Translations under genes and position numbers: made by a program
The notes under the pieces: generated by a model
Told to the model about the DNA's origin: nothing
What the model saw: the letters and a program-made list of their open reading frames with translations, nothing else
Database searches by the model: none
DNA from: Octopus bimaculoides
Taxonomy: Eukaryota
Direction: 5' to 3'
Assembly (NCBI RefSeq): GCF_001194135.2
Contig: NC_068988.1
Coordinates: forward strand, 16,921,064-16,985,063
DNA: 64,000 nt
In this document: piece after piece, positions 63,946-64,000 of the stretch
Position numbering within the stretch: the first letter of the stretch is position 1
Layout of the letters: the number at the start of each line of letters is the position of its first letter

Positions 63946-64000
<55 letters not shown>
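63946..64000. repeat. (GT)n microsatellite running off the window end
   Basis: Directly visible. Confidence 0.97.

Noticed and set aside
1-64000. CRISPR arrays, rRNA, operons or prokaryotic systems
   Set aside because: The sequence is eukaryotic non-coding DNA; no repeat-spacer arrays or rRNA motifs were seen.

Overview
This is eukaryotic, AT-rich, repeat-dense non-coding DNA from a gapped (short-read type) assembly. The density of (TA)n/(CA)n/(ATCT)n tracts and the SINE families resemble, from memory, an octopus (coleoid cephalopod) genome; this is unverified. No intact protein-coding gene is recognisable. Most ORFs in the supplied track are artefacts of microsatellites and N gaps. What is supportable: (i) three tRNA-type SINE families, one copy with A/B boxes and a 50-bp flanking duplication; (ii) decayed retroelement relics, namely CR1/L2-like LINEs, an RTE-like LINE, a Penelope-like (PLE) RT fragment and a PLE GIY-YIG endonuclease fragment; (iii) a mariner 3' end; (iv) three dispersed minimal type-I hammerhead ribozyme motifs (28.8, 42.4, 47.2 kb), each with a different inactivating core or cleavage-site change; (v) several long foldback/palindromic structures (7.6-8.8, 19.9-20.7, 27.3-27.5, 48.2 kb); (vi) a CpG-rich, promoter-like island at about 36.5 kb, probably heading a long minus-strand 5' region; (vii) two striking splice-signal juxtapositions, a candidate recursive splice site (+, 3246/3247) and a candidate 6-nt microexon (-, 11866-11871). 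All alignments and translations were done by eye, and family names are pattern-based, not database hits.
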